Positions 25,189 through 37,300 of a stretch of DNA of 64,000 nucleotides are shown here, in pieces (position 1 is the first letter of the stretch; the number at the start of each line of letters is the position of its first letter). The stretch is taken from the sequence record NC_054903.1, one strand, 5' to 3'. Both the position numbers and the translations under genes were made by a program. Under the pieces are notes generated by a model. The model was not told the DNA's origin and ran no database searches. It saw only the letters and a program-made list of their open reading frames with translations. This stretch comes from Enterobacteria phage GiZh.

Positions 25189-25422
25189 TTATTTTTTACG
25201 AAAAATTGATTTATTTTCTGCTGCCCATTTTTCAATAACTGCAGCAGGACCAGTAACAACAATTTTATCACCGTAATCTTCTGCGGCGAGTTGACCGAAA
25301 TTATCTAATGCATCACGAAGAACTCCATGAGGCATTTCACCCATTTTATCTTTCTTGCCGGTGTAAATAAACTCAACTTTTACATCAGAAGATTCAGCGA
25401 TAAACTCTTTGAAAGTTTTCAT
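25189..25422 (-). CDS. internal-protein-like capsid-targeted protein, ~77 aa (ipI locus)
   Basis: ORF track 25189..25488 trimmed to ATG at 25422 giving MKTFKEFIAESS..., a capsid-targeting-type N-terminus; the table start lies upstream of the promoter at 25457-25485. Confidence 0.6.
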   Translation of the reverse strand: MKTFKEFIAESSDVKVEFIYTGKKDKMGEMPHGVLRDALDNFGQLAAEDYGDKIVVTGPAAVIEKWAAENKSIFRKK

Positions 25423-25456
25423 TTTGATTTCCATTTGGTTTTGTTTTGATAGAGTA

Positions 25457-25485
25457 ATAGTATCACTACTAAAACCCTGTGTAAA
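25457..25485 (-). promoter_or_regulatory. early promoter (PeSL-type): -35 TTTACA, 17 bp, -10 TACTAT
   Basis: Near-identical copy of the element at 25787-25815, including the upstream tract caactttgtgaaattattttaaatc; precedes the IP-like gene at 25189-25422. Confidence 0.6.
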
Positions 25486-25498
25486 CAACTTTGTGAAA

Positions 25499-25756
25499 TT
25501 ATTTTAAATCTTCTAATCGTTTCTTCATCTTAGAACCATTTTTAGCAATTTCTCCTGCATCTGAGCATAATGCTAAAAGCGCTTTAACTTTAGTTTGGTC
25601 TCCTTTAAAAGATGAAGGATCGACTGCAGCAGCAAGTTCTTTAATACGAGAGAAAAGACGCTCAGCTTCAGCTAAAGCCATTCCAAGCTTTACTTCCATA
25701 CCGTGGGAAGATTCGGTGATAGTAGTTTTTGTAGCAAACTCTTTGAAAGTTTTCAT
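25499..25756 (-). CDS. internal-protein-like capsid-targeted protein, 85 aa (ipI locus)
   Basis: N-terminus MKTFKEFATKTTITESS; flanked by near-identical promoter cassettes at 25457-25485 and 25787-25815. Confidence 0.65.
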   Translation of the reverse strand: MKTFKEFATKTTITESSHGMEVKLGMALAEAERLFSRIKELAAAVDPSSFKGDQTKVKALLALCSDAGEIAKNGSKMKKRLEDLK

Positions 25757-25786
25757 TTTATTTTCCTAATTAATTTTGATGAGATA

Positions 25787-25815
25787 ATAGTATCACTACC
25801 TCATCAACGTGTAAA
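25787..25815 (-). promoter_or_regulatory. early promoter (PeSL-type): -35 TTTACA, 17 bp, -10 TACTAT
   Basis: Inverted repeat GATGAG / CTCATC; precedes the IP-like gene at 25499-25756. Confidence 0.6.
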
Positions 25816-25828
25816 CAACTTTGTGAAA

Positions 25829-26525
<697 letters not shown>

Positions 26526-26526
<1 letters not shown>

Positions 26527-27239
26527 TATAGTACCTTTAGTGTATTTTTAATTTTAGAAAAAAGTTCTTCAAGAGAACCATCGTTTGTAATTACTAAATC
26601 GCCATCACGAATTGGCAATCCAGCTTCTGTAATATGAGTATCATTGGATTTTTGACCAGGACGAACTACATGAATTACTGTAGCACCCATCTCCCTAGCC
26701 GCATCCATTTCATGATCTTGACGAGTATCAGGAACGATATAATAATCATAACCTGAGTTAAATTTATCAAGATAATCTAAAGCAAATAATTTTACCCAAT
26801 ACATGCGGTCGAAGTTATTAACAATCAAATCCGTACCTAGGGCTTGCATCAGACGACGGACTGACCATTGATCTTCAATATTATTTATAACGTCAGCAAT
26901 CTTATTAAATGCTACGAAATTAACTGCGTCATCAAAAACAAACACACCTTTAATTGGGCTTTTACTATTAAGATAGCAAAATGCTTGTTCCATAATCGTA
27001 ATTACTTCTAATTTAGTCAGATTTAAATTAGTCTCACGATCATAGTCAATTCCTTCAAACTCTTTACGAGTTAAGCAAGGATAGTCAGTGTTTTCTGCAA
27101 ATACGCCCCATGCATAAGCTAATGCATCTTTAATAGGACCAGCAAGTTGATATTTAACTGCAGAATAATTATTCATGATAAAATCTGCAGTAGTATCTTT
27201 TCCACTACGCTTTACACCGCTTAAAAAGATTAGTTTCAT
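26526..27239 (-). CDS. 1: deoxynucleoside monophosphate kinase
   Basis: ORF track 26526..27278 trimmed to ATG at 27239 giving MKLIFLSGVKRSGKDT (P-loop), the T4 gp1 N-terminus; GAGGAG upstream. Confidence 0.9.
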
Positions 27240-27288
27240 GTGTTTCTCCTCAAATTTAATTAAGATTATAACACACAAAACTGAAGCA

Positions 27289-27819
27289 TTAAACTTCTGC
27301 TATAATTTTACCATCTTTTTCTACTTGAAAATAGGTGTAAGGAATCGTTGCAGTACATACTAAAGCCGGGTCTGAATCTTCTGTGTAGCTAAATTCTACT
27401 TCAGACAGGTCAGAAACCCAAGGCTTATAAAAATTTATTGACATCACGATTTCAGTTTTGCTATTATCTAAGATGTAAAGCGTAATGTATTCAGGACCTG
27501 TTTTTTGAGCAGTATTTTCACCTGTAAGATAGTTGCTAGTTCCTAGCATCCATTCATACATTCCTATCCACGACTTAAGTTCTTCATCAACTATAAATCT
27601 CACAATGAGTGGATCATACTCGAATGTAACACCTGGACGTTGTGCTCGGCCCAGTCCAAACGGCCCAGTCACGGTATCAGTAACAGGTATTCTAATTCCT
27701 GGAATAGGAACTGACTGAGCATTTAAAGTAAAAGCAGATGTAGTATTACTATGTGGTATTGATACTACAAAGTTAGTTGTATTTGCTTGGTTAAAAATTT
27801 GTTGCAGAGCTTGCGACAT
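27289..27819 (-). CDS. 3: gp3 tail completion / sheath stabiliser
   Basis: ORF track 27289..27900 (TTG) trimmed to ATG at 27819 (MSQALQQIF) with GAGGA upstream, giving 176 aa, the T4 gp3 length; position between genes 1 and 2. Confidence 0.8.
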   Translation of the reverse strand: MSQALQQIFNQANTTNFVVSIPHSNTTSAFTLNAQSVPIPGIRIPVTDTVTGPFGLGRAQRPGVTFEYDPLIVRFIVDEELKSWIGMYEWMLGTSNYLTGENTAQKTGPEYITLYILDNSKTEIVMSINFYKPWVSDLSEVEFSYTEDSDPALVCTATIPYTYFQVEKDGKIIAEV

Positions 27820-27925
27820 ATATTCCTCATAATGCTTTATAACTGTTGGTGGTATAATGGGTCTAAGTCCCTTCCATTCAATTCCATTTAGAACAAACAA
27901 CAGAAAAGAATGGAAGATAATAGAA

Positions 27926-28750
27926 TTAGATATTTGACCAGACTTTGTTTGCAGAGAAACGTTTTCCTTTTGAAACGAACTGCTGAAGTGGCATCAACAC
28001 AACGTTCGCCCAATCTTTCGGGGCGATTTCAACAAGGCTACCCATAATATTACCAGGTATATATGCCTTAATCATTTGGTCTGCACCCCTAAATCCTTTC
28101 ACTTGACTCCAATCAATTTTTAATTTCGTTTTATTAGTAATAGTAGGTGTATTTGAATATTGCTTTAAAAGCTCTTCTAGAAATTGCTGACGAGCTTTAG
28201 GTGGAATATAGTGCAAGTTTAATCCGTACATTAAATTATGCTTACCTAAACCAAGGTAAATTATCAAAGGAAATTTATCCCAGTAAGGAAGAGTTTCCTT
28301 GTGTTTAGCATCATAAGCAAAAGCATATATTCGTCCCGGCTGCGGGCGAACAACTTTATGTCCTTTTACTTGCTTAATAGTTTCAGCAAACCACTTTCTG
28401 GTTTTATTATTAATTGCTGCGCCTTCATTACGAATTTTATCACGCAATGTTTGCCTGAATGAATTTATCATAAGCAGTTGTCTTTCTTGCTTATTGAGTT
28501 TATTCATTGGTTTTGATTCAAGCTTTTGAATCTTTTCAGCCGTTTTAATTCCTGAAGCATATTTTGACATTGCCGAAGTAAACGTAGAGTATTTGATTCC
28601 TCTTTCTTCAGCAAATTGTTTTCCTGTCATTCCTTTTGCTTTGGCCTTTTTATATTCAAGACCTATTTGAATCCATTTCTTTTCGTTTAATGATTGCTTA
28701 ACCTTTGGAACTTGGGGAGTGCTTTCATTAATTATTTGAAAAATAGCCAT
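27926..28750 (-). CDS. 2: gp2 DNA end-protector protein
   Basis: 274 aa, same length and position as T4 gp2. Confidence 0.85.
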   Translation of the reverse strand: MAIFQIINESTPQVPKVKQSLNEKKWIQIGLEYKKAKAKGMTGKQFAEERGIKYSTFTSAMSKYASGIKTAEKIQKLESKPMNKLNKQERQLLMINSFRQTLRDKIRNEGAAINNKTRKWFAETIKQVKGHKVVRPQPGRIYAFAYDAKHKETLPYWDKFPLIIYLGLGKHNLMYGLNLHYIPPKARQQFLEELLKQYSNTPTITNKTKLKIDWSQVKGFRGADQMIKAYIPGNIMGSLVEIAPKDWANVVLMPLQQFVSKGKRFSANKVWSNI

Positions 28751-29202
28751 TATGCCCCCTTAAAGCCAAGAGCTCGTAATCCATCTTCTGTTAGAATTCT
28801 AAATTTTATTCCACGCTTTTCAGCTAAAGACTGTGCTGCTTTCCATTTGTCAGTATTAACAGAATATGTATAAATTTCATTCATAAATCTTTTCTTCGCT
28901 GCGGTTGTTAGATGTGCTGGTTTAACTGGTGGTTGTGTTTCTTTTTTAGGTTTTATTTCAATAAAAAATTCTTGTCCAGAAGAATCTTTCATCCAAATAT
29001 CCATGAAGTATCTACGTTTTTTCCCTTCTGCATTACAAAAATAAGGAATTACTGCTGTTTCACTACCCCATGCAATAATTTCTGGATTTTTATCTAACCA
29101 TTCAAAAAAGAATTTTTCCCAATTTGATCTATACGTAATTTTTTTAGGGTCACCTCTATACTTTGATATATTTTTAGGAACCCATTTTCCAGAATATGCC
29201 AT
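28750..29202 (-). CDS. 4: gp4 head completion protein
   Basis: 150 aa, position and length as T4 gp4; TATAAATA late promoter on the minus strand at 29229-29236. Confidence 0.85.
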   Translation of the reverse strand: MAYSGKWVPKNISKYRGDPKKITYRSNWEKFFFEWLDKNPEIIAWGSETAVIPYFCNAEGKKRRYFMDIWMKDSSGQEFFIEIKPKKETQPPVKPAHLTTAAKKRFMNEIYTYSVNTDKWKAAQSLAEKRGIKFRILTEDGLRALGFKGA

Positions 29203-29213
29203 TGGATTCTCCT

Positions 29214-29221
29214 TATAAATA
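29214..29221 (+). promoter_or_regulatory. late promoter TATAAATA for gene 53
   Basis: Exact octamer ~29 nt upstream of the gene 53 ATG. Confidence 0.6.
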
Positions 29222-29228
29222 GATAATA

Positions 29229-29236
29229 TATTTATA
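29229..29236 (-). promoter_or_regulatory. late promoter TATAAATA (minus strand) for gene 4
   Basis: Plus strand reads TATTTATA; divergent from the gene 53 promoter 8 nt away. Confidence 0.6.
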
Positions 29237-29249
29237 AACAGGAGGGCCC

Positions 29250-29840
29250 ATGCTCTTTACATTTTTTGATCCGATTGAATATGCGGCCAAAACGGTGAAT
29301 AAAAACGCGCCGACTATTCCTATGACAGATATTTTTAGAAACTATAAAGACTATTTTAAACGCGCTCTTGCGGGATACCGCTTACGTACTTATTATATTA
29401 AAGGTTCACCACGCCCGGAAGAATTAGCAAATGCTATATATGGAAATCCACAGCTGTATTGGGTTTTATTGATGTGTAATGATAATTATGATCCGTATTA
29501 TGGATGGATTACTTCGCAAGAAGCTGCTTATCAAGCATCTATACAAAAATACAAAAACGTAGGTGGAGACCAAATAGTATATCATGTGAATGAAAACGGT
29601 GAAAAATTTTATAATTTAGTATCATATGATGATAATCCATATGTTTGGTATGATAAAGGCGATAAAGCTAAAAAATATCCTCAATATGAAGGAGCGCTTG
29701 CTGCGGTCGATACGTATGAAGCTGCTGTTCTTGAAAATGAAAAACTTCGTCAAATAAAAATAATAGCAAAATCAGACATCAATTCATTTATGAACGACCT
29801 TATACGTATAATGGAGAAATCTTATGGAAATGATAAGTAA
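29250..29840 (+). CDS. 53: gp53 baseplate wedge protein
   Basis: 196 aa; GGAGGG upstream; late promoter at 29214-29221; position and length as T4 gp53. Confidence 0.88.
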   Translation: MLFTFFDPIEYAAKTVNKNAPTIPMTDIFRNYKDYFKRALAGYRLRTYYIKGSPRPEELANAIYGNPQLYWVLLMCNDNYDPYYGWITSQEAAYQASIQKYKNVGGDQIVYHVNENGEKFYNLVSYDDNPYVWYDKGDKAKKYPQYEGALAAVDTYEAAVLENEKLRQIKIIAKSDINSFMNDLIRIMEKSYGNDK

Positions 29841-31551
29841 TAACCTCAATTGGTTTGTTGGTGTTGTTGAAGATAGAATGGACCCATTAAAATTAGGTCG
29901 TGTTCGTGTTCGTGTTGTTGGTCTGCATCCACCTCAAAGAGCACAAGGTGATGTAATGGGTATTCCAACTGAAAAATTACCATGGATGTCAGTTATTCAA
30001 CCTATAACTTCTGCAGCAATGTCAGGAATTGGAGGCTCCGTTACTGGTCCGGTAGAAGGAACTAGAGTTTATGGTCATTTTTTAGACAAATGGAAAACTA
30101 ACGGAATTGTCCTTGGCACGTATGGTGGAATAGTTCGCGAAAAACCGAATAGACTTGAAGGATTTTCTGACCCAACTGGGCAGTATCCTAGACGTTTAGG
30201 AAATGATACGAACGTATTAAACCAAGGCGGAGAAGTAGGATATGATTCGTCTTCTAATATTATCCAAGATAGCAATCTAGATACTGCGATAAATCCCGAT
30301 GATAGACCGCTATCAGAAATTCCAACTGATGATAATCCAAATATGTCAATGGCTGAAATGCTTCGCCGTGATGAAGGATTAAGACTAAAAGTTTATTGGG
30401 ATACTGAAGGATATCCGACAATTGGTATTGGTCATCTTATCATGAAGCAGCCAGTTCGTGATATGACTCAAATTAATAAAGTTTTATCAAAACAAGTTGG
30501 TCGTGAAATTACCGGAAATCCAGGTTCTATTACAATGGAAGAAGCGGTAGCTTTATTTGAACGTGATTTGGCTGATATGCAACGTGACATTAAATCACAT
30601 TCTAAAGTTGGCCCAGTTTGGCAAGCAGTTAATCGTTCTCGTCAAATGGCATTAGAAAATATGGCATTTCAGATGGGTGTTGGCGGTGTAGCTAAATTTA
30701 ACACAATGTTAACTGCTATGTTAGCCGGAGATTGGGAAAAGGCATATAAAGCTGGTCGTGATTCATTGTGGTATCAACAAACAAAAGGCCGTGCATCCCG
30801 TGTTACCATGATTATTCTTACGGGAAATTTAGAATCATATGGCGTTGAAGTGAAAACCCCAGCTAGGTCTCTATCAGCAATGGCTGCTACTGTAGCTAAA
30901 TCTTCTGACCCTGCTGACCCTCCTATTCCAAATGACTCGAGAATTTTATTCAAAGAACCAGTTTCTTCATATAAAGGTGAATATCCTTATGTGCATACAA
31001 TGGAAACTGAAAGTGGACATATTCAGGAATTTGATGATACCCCTGGGCAAGAACGATATAGATTAGTTCATCCAACTGGGACTTATGAAGAAGTATCACC
31101 GTCAGGGAGAAGAACAAGAAAAACTGTTGATAATTTGTATGATATAACCAACGCTGATGGTAATTTTTTGGTAGCTGGCGATAAAAAGACTAACGTCGGT
31201 GGGTCAGAAATTTATTACAACATGGATAATCGTCTCCACCAAATAGATGGAAGCAATACAATATTTGTGCGTGGCGATGAAACTAAGACGGTTGAAGGTA
31301 ATGGAACTATCCTAGTTAAAGGTAATGTTACTATTGTAGTTGAAGGTAATGCTGACATTACAGTTAAAGGAGATGCTACCACTTTAGTTGAAGGAAATCA
31401 GACTAATACAGTAAATGGAAATCTTTCTTGGAAAGTTGCTGGGACAGTTGATTGGGACGTTGGTGGTGATTGGACAGAAAAAATGGCATCTATGAGTTCT
31501 ATTTCATCTGGTCAATACACAATTGATGGATCGAGGATTGACATTGGCTAA
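29824..31551 (+). CDS. 5: gp5 baseplate hub / cell-puncturing device with lysozyme domain
   Basis: 575 aa; N-terminus MEMISNNLNWFVGVVEDRMDPLKLGRVRVRV as T4 gp5; internal lysozyme domain (MAEMLRRDEGLRLKVYWDTEGYPTIGIGHLI) parallels gene e in this window; C-terminal beta-helix VEGN repeats. Confidence 0.97.
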   Translation: MEMISNNLNWFVGVVEDRMDPLKLGRVRVRVVGLHPPQRAQGDVMGIPTEKLPWMSVIQPITSAAMSGIGGSVTGPVEGTRVYGHFLDKWKTNGIVLGTYGGIVREKPNRLEGFSDPTGQYPRRLGNDTNVLNQGGEVGYDSSSNIIQDSNLDTAINPDDRPLSEIPTDDNPNMSMAEMLRRDEGLRLKVYWDTEGYPTIGIGHLIMKQPVRDMTQINKVLSKQVGREITGNPGSITMEEAVALFERDLADMQRDIKSHSKVGPVWQAVNRSRQMALENMAFQMGVGGVAKFNTMLTAMLAGDWEKAYKAGRDSLWYQQTKGRASRVTMIILTGNLESYGVEVKTPARSLSAMAATVAKSSDPADPPIPNDSRILFKEPVSSYKGEYPYVHTMETESGHIQEFDDTPGQERYRLVHPTGTYEEVSPSGRRTRKTVDNLYDITNADGNFLVAGDKKTNVGGSEIYYNMDNRLHQIDGSNTIFVRGDETKTVEGNGTILVKGNVTIVVEGNADITVKGDATTLVEGNQTNTVNGNLSWKVAGTVDWDVGGDWTEKMASMSSISSGQYTIDGSRIDIG

Positions 31552-32080
31552 TATACTTCCAATGAGCGCTGATTTAGGAGAATCCATGGAAGGTTCTTCT
31601 ATCGACGTCACCTTTACCGCTCAATTAGAAACAGGTGAAACGTTAGTATCTATAAATATAACTAGTTACGAAGAAACTCCTGGGGTTTTAGTAGAAGAAA
31701 ATCGCTTATACGGAACGTATGAATCTGTATTTGGTTTTGGAAATGACGCGTTGAAATATCGTTTAGGTGATGAATTTAAAACTGCTGCTTCATGGGAAGA
31801 ACTTCCTACTGATTCTGACACTCAGTTGTATTTGTGGAAAGCTCCTCAAAATCTCCAGAAGACATTCACTTACGAAGTAACATTAATATATGACTACCAA
31901 GAACAAAGTGAATCTGGAGGTTCTGGCAGTAATTCTAGGTCATCTTCTGATACTACTGAACCGACGGATCCTCCTGCTCCAGTAAGAAAAACTCTAGTTA
32001 AAAATTACACAAAAACTATAGTTGGAAATTGGAGTCGTTGGGCTAATAAACTGAGAAGCTATGTATATGAGAGGCCATAA
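31526..32080 (+). CDS. small baseplate-region protein (T4 5.1 position), start uncertain
   Basis: ORF track 31523..32080 starts at TTG; first ATG at 31526, alternative ATG at 31562 just after the gp5 stop. Ser/Gly-rich acidic middle. Confidence 0.6.
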
Positions 32081-32374
32081 ATGTCAGGATTGAGTTATGA
32101 TAAATGCGTTACCGCAGGTCATGAAGCGTGGCCTCCAACAGTTGTGAATGCTACACAAAGTAAAGTATTCACTGGAGGAATTGCTGTTCTCGTAGCAGGT
32201 GATCCAATTACAGAACATACAGAAATTAAAAAGCCATATGAAACACATGGCGGAGTGACACAACCCAGAACTTCTAAGGTATATGTCACTGGAAAGAAAG
32301 CTGTTCAAATGGCTGATCCAATATCATGCGGTGATACTGTGGCTCAGGCATCATCTAAAGTATTCATTAAATAG
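32081..32374 (+). CDS. 5.4: gp5.4 PAAR-repeat spike-tip protein
   Basis: 97 aa; length, position directly before gene 6 and Gly/Val-rich PAAR-like sequence as in T4 gp5.4. Confidence 0.85.
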
Positions 32375-32382
32375 GATTTAAA

Positions 32383-34365
32383 ATGGCAAATACCCCTGTA
32401 AATTATCAATTAACAAGAACAGCAAATGCTATTCCCGAGATATTCGTCGGGGGTACGTTTGCTGAAATAAAACAAAACCTCATTGAATGGCTTAATGGCC
32501 AAAATGAATTTTTGGATTATGATTTTGAAGGCTCAAGATTAAACGTTCTGTGTGACCTTTTGGCTTATAATACGCTGTACATTCAACAGTTTGGTAATGC
32601 TGCTGTGTATGAAAGCTTTATGCGTACTGCTAACTTACGAAGTTCAGTTGTTCAAGCTGCACAAGATAACGGATATTTACCTACTTCAAAATCCGCTGCA
32701 CAGACCGAAATTATGTTAACATGCACCGACGCATTGAATAGGAATTACATTACAATTCCTCGCGGAACTCGCTTTTTAGCATATGCAAAAGATACTTCTG
32801 TTAATCCATATAACTTCGTTTCTACCGAAGACGTTATTGCTATTCGTGATAAAAATAACCAATATTTTCCGCGTTTAAAATTGGCCCAGGGACGTATAGT
32901 AAGAACTGAAATCATTTATGATAAATTAACACCTATTATCATTTATGACAAAAATATAGATAGAAACCAAGTTAAACTATACGTTGATGGAGCAGAATGG
33001 ATTAACTGGACAAGAAAGTCAATGGTTCATGCTGGTTCTACATCAACAATTTACTACATGCGTGAAACTATTGATGGAAATACTGAGTTTTATTTTGGTG
33101 AAGGTGAGATTTCTGTTAATGCGGCAGAAGGAGCATTGACTGCTAATTATATTGGGGGTCTTAAACCTACCCAGAACTCTACGATTGTTATTGAGTACAT
33201 CAGTACTAACGGCGCAGATGCGAATGGCGCAGTCGGATTTTCATATGCAGATACATTGACAAATATAACTGTCATCAACATTAATGAAAATCCAAACGAT
33301 GACCCAGATTTTGTTGGGGCAGATGGCGGCGGCGATCCAGAAGATATTGAACGTATTCGCGAATTGGGTACTATTAAACGCGAAACCCAGCAACGCTGCG
33401 TAACTGCGACTGACTATGATACATTCGTTTCAGAGAGATTTGGTTCTATTATTCAAGCAGTTCAGACGTTCACTGATTCTACTAAACCTGGTTATGCATT
33501 TATTGCTGCTAAACCTAAATCAGGGCTATATTTAACTACTGTACAGCGCGAAGATATTAAAAATTATCTCAAAGACTATAATTTAGCTCCTATTACGCCA
33601 TCAATTATTTCTCCTAATTATCTTTTTATTAAGACTAATTTAAAAGTCACATATGCTTTAAATAAGCTACAAGAATCCGAACAGTGGCTCGAAGGTCAAA
33701 TAATTGATAAAATTGATCGTTATTATACCGAAGACGTAGAAATTTTTAACTCATCTTTCGCTAAATCTAAGATGTTGACATATGTAGATGATGCAGATCA
33801 CTCTATCATTGGCTCATCAGCGACAATTCAAATTGTTCGTGAAGTACAAAACTTCTATAAAACGCCTGAAGCAGGTATTAAATACAATAATCAAATAAAA
33901 GATCGTTCTATGGAATCTAATACGTTTTCATTTAATTCTGGACGAAAGGTTGTGAATCCTGATACTGGTTTAGAAGAAGATGTATTATATGACGTTCGCA
34001 TAGTATCAACAGACCGAGATTCTAAAGGAATAGGTAAAGTTATTATTGGTCCATTTGCTTCTGGCGATGTTACAGAAAATGAAAACATTCAGCCGTATAC
34101 AGGCAACGATTTTAACAAATTAGCAAATTCTGATGGACGCGACAAATACTATGTTATCGGTGAAATAAATTATCCAGCTGACATGATTTATTGGAATATC
34201 GCTAAAATTAATTTAACATCTGAAAAATTTGAAGTTCAGACTATTGAATTATATTCTGACCCAACCGATGATGTTATCTTTACTCGCGATGGTTCACTGA
34301 TTGTATTTGAAAATGACTTACGTCCACAATACTTAACTATCGATTTGGAGCCTATATCACAATGA
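32383..34365 (+). CDS. 6: gp6 baseplate wedge protein
   Basis: 660 aa, synteny and length as T4 gp6. Confidence 0.9.
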   Translation: MANTPVNYQLTRTANAIPEIFVGGTFAEIKQNLIEWLNGQNEFLDYDFEGSRLNVLCDLLAYNTLYIQQFGNAAVYESFMRTANLRSSVVQAAQDNGYLPTSKSAAQTEIMLTCTDALNRNYITIPRGTRFLAYAKDTSVNPYNFVSTEDVIAIRDKNNQYFPRLKLAQGRIVRTEIIYDKLTPIIIYDKNIDRNQVKLYVDGAEWINWTRKSMVHAGSTSTIYYMRETIDGNTEFYFGEGEISVNAAEGALTANYIGGLKPTQNSTIVIEYISTNGADANGAVGFSYADTLTNITVININENPNDDPDFVGADGGGDPEDIERIRELGTIKRETQQRCVTATDYDTFVSERFGSIIQAVQTFTDSTKPGYAFIAAKPKSGLYLTTVQREDIKNYLKDYNLAPITPSIISPNYLFIKTNLKVTYALNKLQESEQWLEGQIIDKIDRYYTEDVEIFNSSFAKSKMLTYVDDADHSIIGSSATIQIVREVQNFYKTPEAGIKYNNQIKDRSMESNTFSFNSGRKVVNPDTGLEEDVLYDVRIVSTDRDSKGIGKVIIGPFASGDVTENENIQPYTGNDFNKLANSDGRDKYYVIGEINYPADMIYWNIAKINLTSEKFEVQTIELYSDPTDDVIFTRDGSLIVFENDLRPQYLTIDLEPISQ

Positions 34366-37300
34366 CAGTAAAAGCACCTTCAGTCACTAGTCTCAGAATT
34401 TCCAAGTTATCCGCAAATCAGGTGCAAGTACGCTGGGATGACGTTGGTGCTAATTTCTACTATTTTGTAGAAATCGCTGAGACAAAAACAAACTCGGGGG
34501 AAAAACTCCCGAGTAATCAATATCGTTGGATTAATTTAGGATATACTGCAAATAACAGCTTCTTTTTTGATGATGCTGATCCATTGACATCATACATTAT
34601 CAGAGTAGCTACAGCTGCGCAAGATTTTGAGCAGTCTGATTGGATTTATACCGAAGAGTTTGAAACTTTTGCTACAAATGCTTATACATTTCAAAACATG
34701 ATTGAAATGCAATTAGCTAATAAATTCATTCAGGAAAAATTTACTCTTAATAATTCTGATTATGTTAATTTTAATAATGACACTATAATGGCTGCATTGA
34801 TGAATGAATCATTTCAATTCAGCCCATCGTATGTTGATGTTTCATCAATAAGTAATTTTATTATTGGTGAAAATGAGTATCATGAAATACAAGGTTCTAT
34901 TCAGCAAGTATGTAAGGATATTAACCGAGTTTATTTGATGGAATCAGAAGGAATTCTATATCTTTTTGAGCGCTATCAACCTGTAGTTAAAGTATCCAAT
35001 GATAAAGGACAAACTTGGAAAGCTGTAAAGCTCTTCAATGACCGCGTAGGATATCCTTTATCTAAGACAGTATATTACCAATCTGCGAACACAACATACG
35101 TTCTAGGATACGACAAGATTTTCTATGGCCGCAAATCTACTGATGTTAGATGGTCAGCCGATGATGTCAGATTTAGTTCTCAGGATATAACATTTGCTAA
35201 ACTTGGCGACCAGTTACATTTAGGATTTGATGTAGAAATTTTTGCCACTTACGCGACTTTGCCAGCGAATGTATACCGCATTGCAGAAGCTATTACTTGC
35301 ACCGATGATTACATTTACGTTGTCGCCAGAGACAAAGTTAGATACATAAAAACGAGTAATGCACCTATAGATTCTGATCCATTATCTCCAACATATTCGG
35401 AAAGACTTTTTGAACCTGATACCATGACTATAACCGGAAATCCTAAAGCAGTATGTTATAAAATGGATTCTATCGGTGATAAAGTTTTTGCTCTTATTAT
35501 TGGTGAAGTTGAAACATTAAATGCTAATCCTAGAACATCAAAAATAATTGATTCCGCTGATAAAGGAATATATGTTTTAAATCATGACGAAAAAACATGG
35601 AAAAGAGTTTTCGGTAATACCGAAGAAGAAAGAAGACGTATTCAACCCGGATATGCGAATATGTCAACTGATGGTAAATTAGTTTCTCTGTCTTCGAGTA
35701 ATTTTAAATTTTTAAGTGATAACGTTGTTAATGACCCTGAAACTGCTGTAAAATACCAGTTAATCGGTGCTGTTAAATACGAATTTCCTCGCGAATGGTT
35801 AGCTGATAAACATTATCATATGATGGCGTTTATAGCGGATGAAAAATCTGATTGGGAGACTTTTACTCCTCAACCGATGAAATACTACGCAGAACCGTTC
35901 TTTAATTGGTCTAAAAAATCTAACACTCGTTGTTGGATAAACAACTCTGATAAAGCTGTTGTAGTTTATGCAGATTTGAAATACACCAAAGTTATTGAAA
36001 ATATTCCAGAAACGTCACCAGATAGATTAGTGCATGAATACTGGGATGATGGCGATTGCACTATAGTAATGCCAAATGTTAAATTCACTGGATTTAAAAA
36101 ATATGCATCTGGGATGCTTTTCTATAAAGCCTCTGGTGAAATAATTTCTTACTATGATTTTAACTATCGCGTGAGAGATACAGTAGAAATTATTTGGAAG
36201 CCAACTGAAGTATTTTTAAAAGCATTTTTACAAAACCAAGAGCATGAAACTCCTTGGTCGCCTGAAGAAGAGCGTGGATTGGCTGACCCTGATTTAAGAC
36301 CATTGATTGGCACAATGATGCCTGATTCTTATTTGTTGCAGGATTCGAATTTTGAGGCATTTTGCGAAGCATATATTCAGTATCTTTCTGATGGATATGG
36401 AACTCAGTATAACAATTTACGAAATTTAATTCGTAACAAATATCCACGAGAAGAGCATGCATGGGAATATTTGTGGTCAGAGATATATAAAAGAAACATT
36501 TATTTAAATGCTGATAAACGCGATGCTGTTGCGAGATTCTTTGAATCACGTAGCTATGATTTTTATTCTACTAAAGGAATTGAAGCATCATACAAGTTTC
36601 TTTTTAAAGTTCTTTATAATGAAGAAGTTGAAATTGAAATTGAATCTGGGGCTGGTACTGAATATGATATAATCGTTCAATCTGATTCTTTGACTGAAGA
36701 CTTAGTAGGACAAACGATTTATACGGCAACAGGAAGATGTAATGTTACTTATATAGAAAGAAGCTATTCTAATGGTAAATTGCAATGGACCGTAACTATT
36801 CATAATCTTTTGGGACGATTAATTGCTGGACAAGAAGTTAAAGCAGAAAGACTCCCTAGTTTTGAAGGCGAAATTATTCGTGGGGTCAAAGGAAAGGATT
36901 TGCTTCAAAACAATATAGACTATATTAATAGAAGTAGATCATATTATGTAATGAAAATTAAATCCAATTTACCTTCTTCTCGTTGGAAATCTGACGTTAT
37001 TCGTTTTGTTCATCCAGTAGGATTTGGATTTATAGCAATTACCCTTTTAACGATGTTTATTAATGTTGGTTTAACTCTTAAACACACAGAGACTATAATT
37101 AATAAATACAAAAACTATAAATGGGATTCTGGATTGCCTACTGAATATGCTGATAGAGTAGCTAAATTGACTCCAACTGGTGAAATTGAGCATGATTCGG
37201 TAACAGGCGAAGCAATTTATGAGCCTGGCCCAATGGCTGGTGTAGAATATCCTCTTCCTGATGACTATAATGCTGAAAATAACAATTCAATATTTCAAGG